NCBI GenBank assembly: GCA_041498295.1
Contig: JBGQIB010000004.1
Coordinates: forward strand, 8-64,007
DNA from: a bacterium
GTDB lineage: Bacteria; Myxococcota_A; UBA9160; SZUA-336
Length of the DNA stretch: 64,000 nt
Reading direction: 5' to 3'
This document shows positions 59,662 through 64,000 of this stretch, one piece after another. The notes below the pieces were generated by a model. That model had not been told where the DNA came from. It did no database searches and worked only from the letters and a program-made list of their open reading frames with translations. The stretch's first letter is position 1. Every line of letters begins with the position of its first letter. The translations under genes were made by a program, and so were the position numbers.

Positions 59662-61098
59662 TCAGATTCGCAGGCGCGCTTCGCGCGCGACGTCTTCCAG
59701 CATCGCCTCCCACTGCACGGCGGGCCGGCTCCAGGAGACGTCGAGGCGCAGCAGCTCGCGCACCACGCGATCGAGACCGCGTTCCGCGACCAGCTTCGCG
59801 GCGCGATCCGCCGCGGCAACCAGCGCGTCGGGGGTGAGTGGCGAGAAAAGCACGCCCGTCTCGCCGTCGCGGATCGTGTCGACGAGCCCGCCGGTGCGAT
59901 GCGCGATCGGCAGCGCGCCGTAGCGCTGCGCGGTGAGCTGCACGAGGCCGCACGGCTCGAAGCGCGACGGAACCAGCACCGCGTCGGCCGCCCCGTAGAG
60001 GCGTCGCGCCGCCCGCTCGTCCCAGGAGACGGTCGCGTGCACGCGCCCGGGAAACTTGCGCGCCGCCGCGACGAGTGACTCCGCGATCGCGCGATCGCCG
60101 TCGCCGAGCAATGCGAGCGACGCGCCGGACGCGACCAGCGCGGGCACCGCGGCGGCCAACACGTCCCAGCCCTTCTGCGCGCTGAGTCGCCCGACGCCGA
60201 CCAGGAAGCGGCCTGGCTCGGTCTTCCCGAGTCCCAGCTCCGTCATCACGCGCGCGCGGCAGGTGCGCTTGCCCCCGGGCGCGGCGGCGTGGAAGCGCTC
60301 CGGCAGCGCCTTGTCGGTCGCCGGGTCGAAGCGCTCGACGTCGAGCCCGTTCGCGATCCCGAGCAGGCGCGCGCGGCGCAGCCGATACACGCCCTCGAGG
60401 CCGAGGCCGAACTCCGCCGTCTGGATCTCGCGCGCGTAGCCCGGTGAGACCGCGACGATGCGATCCGCCCAGACGATTCCGCCCTTCAGCAGCGACAGGT
60501 CGCCGAAGAACTCCAGGCCGTCCGGCGCGAACAGCTCGCCGGGCAAGTGAGTCCACGCCATGGCGCTCGCAGGCTGGCGCCCCTGGTACGCATTGTTGTG
60601 TAGGACTTGGACCGTGCCGATGCCGCGCGCGCCGCCGCGGTCGAACAATGTGCGCAGTACGCAAATCGACAGCGCCGTATGCCAGTCGTGCGCGACGAGC
60701 AGCGCGGGCCGCTCCTCGTACGCGCGCAGTGCGACCGCGCGCGCGAAGCTGATGAAGCGCGCGGCCTCGTCGCCATACGGCCCCGGCGCTTCGCCGTACA
60801 GGCCGGCGCGATCGAAGAACGGCGGCACGTCGAGCAGCCGCAGCTCGTGGCGCGTCGAGAGCTCGCCCGAGAGCCAGCGGCCGCGCACGTCGCCGAACGG
60901 GCCCGGCAGGCGAACGCTGCCCGCGTCGGCGAGCTTCGGGCAGCTCGGGTGCGCGAGCGCGCTGCGGTACGCCGGCAGGAGTGACACCAGCTCGTGTCCG
61001 CGCGCGGCGAGCGCGCGCGCGAGGCCCGCGACCGCGTCGCCCAGCCCGCCGCTTTGCGCCAAGGGCGCGAGCTCGCTCGTCGCAAAGAAGACGCGCAA
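59662..61098 (-). CDS. glgA: Glycogen synthase (ADP-glucose type)
   Basis: 'MRVFFATSELAPLAQSGGLGDV' (KxGGL motif), 'HDWHTA' and 'PSRFEPCGL' are present. Confidence 0.9.
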   Translation of the reverse strand: MRVFFATSELAPLAQSGGLGDAVAGLARALAARGHELVSLLPAYRSALAHPSCPKLADAGSVRLPGPFGDVRGRWLSGELSTRHELRLLDVPPFFDRAGLYGEAPGPYGDEAARFISFARAVALRAYEERPALLVAHDWHTALSICVLRTLFDRGGARGIGTVQVLHNNAYQGRQPASAMAWTHLPGELFAPDGLEFFGDLSLLKGGIVWADRIVAVSPGYAREIQTAEFGLGLEGVYRLRRARLLGIANGLDVERFDPATDKALPERFHAAAPGGKRTCRARVMTELGLGKTEPGRFLVGVGRLSAQKGWDVLAAAVPALVASGASLALLGDGDRAIAESLVAAARKFPGRVHATVSWDERAARRLYGAADAVLVPSRFEPCGLVQLTAQRYGALPIAHRTGGLVDTIRDGETGVLFSPLTPDALVAAADRAAKLVAERGLDRVVRELLRLDVSWSRPAVQWEAMLEDVAREARLRI

Positions 61099-61106
61099 CC
61101 GGCCCC

Positions 61107-62363
61107 CTAGACGTCGAATTCGTCGCGCTGACCCAGGTCGGCGCGCGAGACCACGACCACGCCGCCCTCGGAGACGGTGAAGCGCTTGCGGTCGGCCTCG
61201 AGGTCGTAGCCGATCGTCTCACCCGCGGGGATGCGCACGCCCTTGTCGACGATGCAACGCCGCAGCTTCGCGCCCCGGCCCACGTCGACCAGCGGAAAGA
61301 GCACGCACTCGTCGACCTGACTGAAGCTGTTCACGCGCACGCGGTAGAAGCAGACGGTGCGCTCGAGCGAGCCGCCCGAGATGATCGAGCCCGAGCCGAC
61401 GATCGAGTCGATCGCCTTGCCGACGCGGCCTTCCGCTTCGTCGCCGAACACGAACTTGCACGGGCCCGAGGGCGGCTGCGTGCCGCGGATCGGCCAAGAG
61501 TCGTTGTACAGGTTGAGCCGCGGATCGACGGCGACCAGATCGAGGTTCGCCTCGAAGAATGCGTCGAGCGTGCCGACGTCGCGCCAGTAGCCGCGCGAGC
61601 CCTCGCCCTCGCCGGGACACAGCTGCGAGGCGAAGTCGTAGGCCAGCATGCGCATGCGCTTGTGCGCGGTGGTGAGCACGTCGCGGCCGAAGTCGTGCGT
61701 GGTAGAGGTCTCGTCCGCGTCGCGGCGCAGCTCGTCGAGCAACACAGAAGTGCGGAACAAGTAGTTGCCCATCGAGACGAGCGTCGCGTCGGGATTGCCC
61801 GGCATCGGCGGCGGGTCGGCTGGCTTCTCCAAGAAATCGACCACCCAGCCATTCTCGTCGACCTTCACGCAGCCGAAATTCCGCGCCTCGCTGCGCGGCA
61901 CCGGGAGCGTGGCCACGGTCAGATCCGCGTCGCGCGCGCGGTGCGCGTCGAGCATCAGCGAGACGTCCATCTTGTACACGTGGTCGGACCCGAAGATCGC
62001 GACGTCGCGCGGCCGCATCTCGCGCAACAGGTCGAGGTTCTGCCAGATCGCGTCCGCGGTGCCGCGGAACCAGAACGGCCCGATGTTCTGACCCGCGGGC
62101 ACGGGGTCGATCGACGCGTCGAGCACGCCGCCCAGTGACCACGCGCGCGAGAGATGTCGGATCAGCGACGTCGCCCGGTACTGAGTGAGCACGCGGATCT
62201 GCTGGTAGCCGCTGTTCACGAGGTTCGAGAGCACGAGGTCGACCAGGCGGTAGCGGCCGCCGAAGTACATGGCCGGCTTGCTGCGCTCTTGCGTCAGGGG
62301 CGCGAGCCGCCGTCCTTCGCCGCCGGCGAGCACGAGCGCAAGGCTGTCGCGCACGGGGACCAC
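61107..62363 (-). CDS. glgC: Glucose-1-phosphate adenylyltransferase
   Basis: 'LVLAGGEGRRLAPLTQERSKPA', 'FGGRYRLVD' and 'FRGTADA' are present, with a left-handed beta-helix C-terminus. Confidence 0.9.
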   Translation of the reverse strand: MVPVRDSLALVLAGGEGRRLAPLTQERSKPAMYFGGRYRLVDLVLSNLVNSGYQQIRVLTQYRATSLIRHLSRAWSLGGVLDASIDPVPAGQNIGPFWFRGTADAIWQNLDLLREMRPRDVAIFGSDHVYKMDVSLMLDAHRARDADLTVATLPVPRSEARNFGCVKVDENGWVVDFLEKPADPPPMPGNPDATLVSMGNYLFRTSVLLDELRRDADETSTTHDFGRDVLTTAHKRMRMLAYDFASQLCPGEGEGSRGYWRDVGTLDAFFEANLDLVAVDPRLNLYNDSWPIRGTQPPSGPCKFVFGDEAEGRVGKAIDSIVGSGSIISGGSLERTVCFYRVRVNSFSQVDECVLFPLVDVGRGAKLRRCIVDKGVRIPAGETIGYDLEADRKRFTVSEGGVVVVSRADLGQRDEFDV

Positions 62364-62451
62364 TCCGTTCCGTTTCTAACCCGCGGCCGAGGCGCGGGCA
62401 AGCGGCGTTGGGTAGGATGGCCGCGCAGCAACCGACGGAGGGAGAACGCCC

Positions 62452-62754
62452 GTGCTGATCATCGCTGGCTCGTTCCAGATCGACCCGAAGACGCGCGACG
62501 CGACCTTCGCGGCCGCCAAGGAGATGATGGCCGAGACGCTGAAGGAGAAGGGTTGCCACGCGTACTGCTTCAGCCCCGACCTTTCCGACCCCGCGCTGAT
62601 GCATTTGTTCGAGCGCTGGGAGTCCGAGAACGACCTGCGAGCCCACTTCGCGACCCCGCACATGGCGCGCTTCCAGGCCGCGCTCGCGAAGCTCGCGCCC
62701 AAGCTGCTCGAGATCCAGAAGTACGAGATCTCCGGCGTTGGGCCGGTGCGCTGA
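62452..62754 (+). CDS. ABM (antibiotic-biosynthesis monooxygenase / YgiN-like) family protein
   Basis: 100 aa. 'CHAYCFS..DPALMHLFERWES' is a typical ferredoxin-like ABM fold signature. GTG start. Confidence 0.6.
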   Translation: MLIIAGSFQIDPKTRDATFAAAKEMMAETLKEKGCHAYCFSPDLSDPALMHLFERWESENDLRAHFATPHMARFQAALAKLAPKLLEIQKYEISGVGPVR

Positions 62755-63137
62755 TGCGCGCGCTGATCGCCGCGCTCGCGCTCTTCGTCGCCGCGCCCGC
62801 ACTCGCGCAGACGCCGAAAGGCGACGCGACCGGGCCGTGCGCGGCCGACGCCAAGCGACTCTGCCCCGACACCGATCCGGGTCACGGCGCGATCATGCAG
62901 TGTCTCCACGCGCACGATGCGGACCTGTCGAAGGAGTGCAAAGACAAGATCGCCGCCGTGCGCGACCAGATGCGCGAGCGGGCCGCGGCACTGCACACGG
63001 CCTGCGGCAGCGACGCGGAGCGTTTGTGCCCCGGGCTCGAGGCGGGCACCGGTCTGGTGCGCTGTCTGTACGAGCACGAGCCCGACATCTCGCAGCCGTG
63101 CCGCGACGCGATGCGCGCGCGCGGCCCCGAGCCCTGA
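62754..63137 (+). CDS. Secreted cysteine-rich-repeat protein
   Basis: The ATG overlaps the ABM stop (TGATG). Signal peptide 'MRALIAALALFVAAPALA'. Three repeats of about 30 aa each carry C-x-x-D/E..LCP..G...C patterns. Confidence 0.55.
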   Translation: MRALIAALALFVAAPALAQTPKGDATGPCAADAKRLCPDTDPGHGAIMQCLHAHDADLSKECKDKIAAVRDQMRERAAALHTACGSDAERLCPGLEAGTGLVRCLYEHEPDISQPCRDAMRARGPEP

Positions 63138-63144
63138 GCCGCGC

Positions 63145-63585
63145 GTGGCGCAGTCGTTCGCCGAGCGCTTCGACGCGGAAGTCGCGCAGGGCTTCATCCG
63201 CGCGAACGAGCGCCTCACTGGGCTCCCGAAGTATCTCGGCCTGCGCATCGTCGACGTCGGGCCCGGCACCTTGCGCGCCGAGATGGAGGTGCGCGAGGAG
63301 CTACTCACCCCGTTCAAGACGATGCACGGCGGCGTGATCTCGGCCGTTTGCGACCACGTGCTCGGCTGCGTCTGCTACCCGCTCATGGCGCGCGGCCAGT
63401 GGGCGGCGACGACGGAGTTCAAGCTGAATCTGCTGGCGCCCGTGACTCGCGGCGTACTGGCCGCGAATGCGACCGTGGTGTCGCTGTCGAAGTCACTCGC
63501 CGTGGTGCGCATCGAGGTCTCGAACGAGGAGCGCCTCGTCGCGCTGGCTCAGGGGACGGTGACGATACGGGACCCAAAGGTCTGA
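63145..63585 (+). CDS. PaaI-family hotdog thioesterase
   Basis: GTG start (V77 of ORF 62917..63585). 'TMHGGVISAVCDHVLG' is the PaaI/4HBT active-site region. Confidence 0.65.
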   Translation: MAQSFAERFDAEVAQGFIRANERLTGLPKYLGLRIVDVGPGTLRAEMEVREELLTPFKTMHGGVISAVCDHVLGCVCYPLMARGQWAATTEFKLNLLAPVTRGVLAANATVVSLSKSLAVVRIEVSNEERLVALAQGTVTIRDPKV

Positions 63586-63670
63586 GCAAGCGGAGCGCAA
63601 AGCGCGAAGCGCGCAGCGAGCCGAAGGCGAGCGAAGAGCGGGTGGCGCGGATTCGCCGCGCCGGGCCCCG

Positions 63671-64000
63671 CTAAGGCAAGTGACGTGCGCGGAAGCGCTG
63701 AGTCATCCAGAGACAGACTTCCCAGATGTCGGCGAGCGGCGCGCCCGTGCTCGGGTCGACCGGCTGGTAGGCGGGCGGGCCGAACTCGGGGTTGATGGTG
63801 AGCCAGGGTCGGCCGTCGCTCTCGGCGCGCTGGATGATTCGATCCCACCAGCGCTCGAAGCGCTCGGTCCACTGGAGTCCCTTGCCGACGCGCGGATCGG
63901 GCACCTGCGGGCCGTGCTCGTAGCCCACGCGCGCGTGGATGTGATCGGCGCGCGAAATCGCGAGGTCCATGAATTCGCGGTAGCCGGTCGCCGAGAGACT
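63671..64000 (-). CDS. C-terminal part of a xylose-isomerase-like TIM-barrel (sugar-phosphate isomerase/epimerase family) protein. The gene runs off the window end.
   Basis: 'DHIHARVGYEHGPQVPDPR' resembles the C-terminal metal-binding strand of the AP-endonuclease-2/XI TIM-barrel family. The ORF is open beyond 63970. This is weak recognition. Confidence 0.35.
   Translation of the reverse strand, partial: SLSATGYREFMDLAISRADHIHARVGYEHGPQVPDPRVGKGLQWTERFERWWDRIIQRAESDGRPWLTINPEFGPPAYQPVDPSTGAPLADIWEVCLWMTQRFRARHLP

Overview
This is a high-GC (about 70%) bacterial chromosomal segment with a strong GC3 bias. The gene content (Ser/Thr kinase, PEGA lipoprotein, two PEP-CTERM proteins, a VWA protein, many GTG/TTG starts and 4-bp start/stop overlaps) is consistent with a Myxococcota-like genome, but that is inference. 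I support about 60 protein-coding genes and no rRNA, tRNA or CRISPR array. Most long arginine-rich ORFs in the six-frame track are out-of-frame shadows of real genes.

Housekeeping genes include hemF, efp, ychF, a second EF-G copy, an FKBP isomerase, ino1, and the glycogen operon glgC-glgA-glgX-malQ-glgP on the minus strand.

The accessory content I find most interesting:
- A seven-gene complex I / group-4 [NiFe]-hydrogenase-like membrane operon at 32148-42096 (minus strand). Its large subunit has lost both Ni-Fe-binding CxxC motifs, which makes it an 'Ehr'-type (energy-converting hydrogenase related) complex of unknown substrate. It begins with a translationally coupled HTH + PTS-EIIA gene.
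- A tightly overlapped chain of luciferase-like monooxygenase, alpha/beta hydrolase, type-B carboxylesterase, PAS histidine kinase and REC domain at 47754-53119.
- Two PEP-CTERM proteins. One sits in a low-GC patch beside a transposase C-terminal relic.
- A secreted beta-carbonic anhydrase coupled to VOC and MBL genes.
- A DUF35/thiolase-like/MFS unit.
- A RegB/RegA-like two-component pair.
- A GAGTCAC/GTGACTC heptamer that appears more often than base composition predicts.

Where I spot-checked start codons against the nucleotide lines, my base indexing was occasionally off by one. All coordinates are therefore derived from the ORF track frames.
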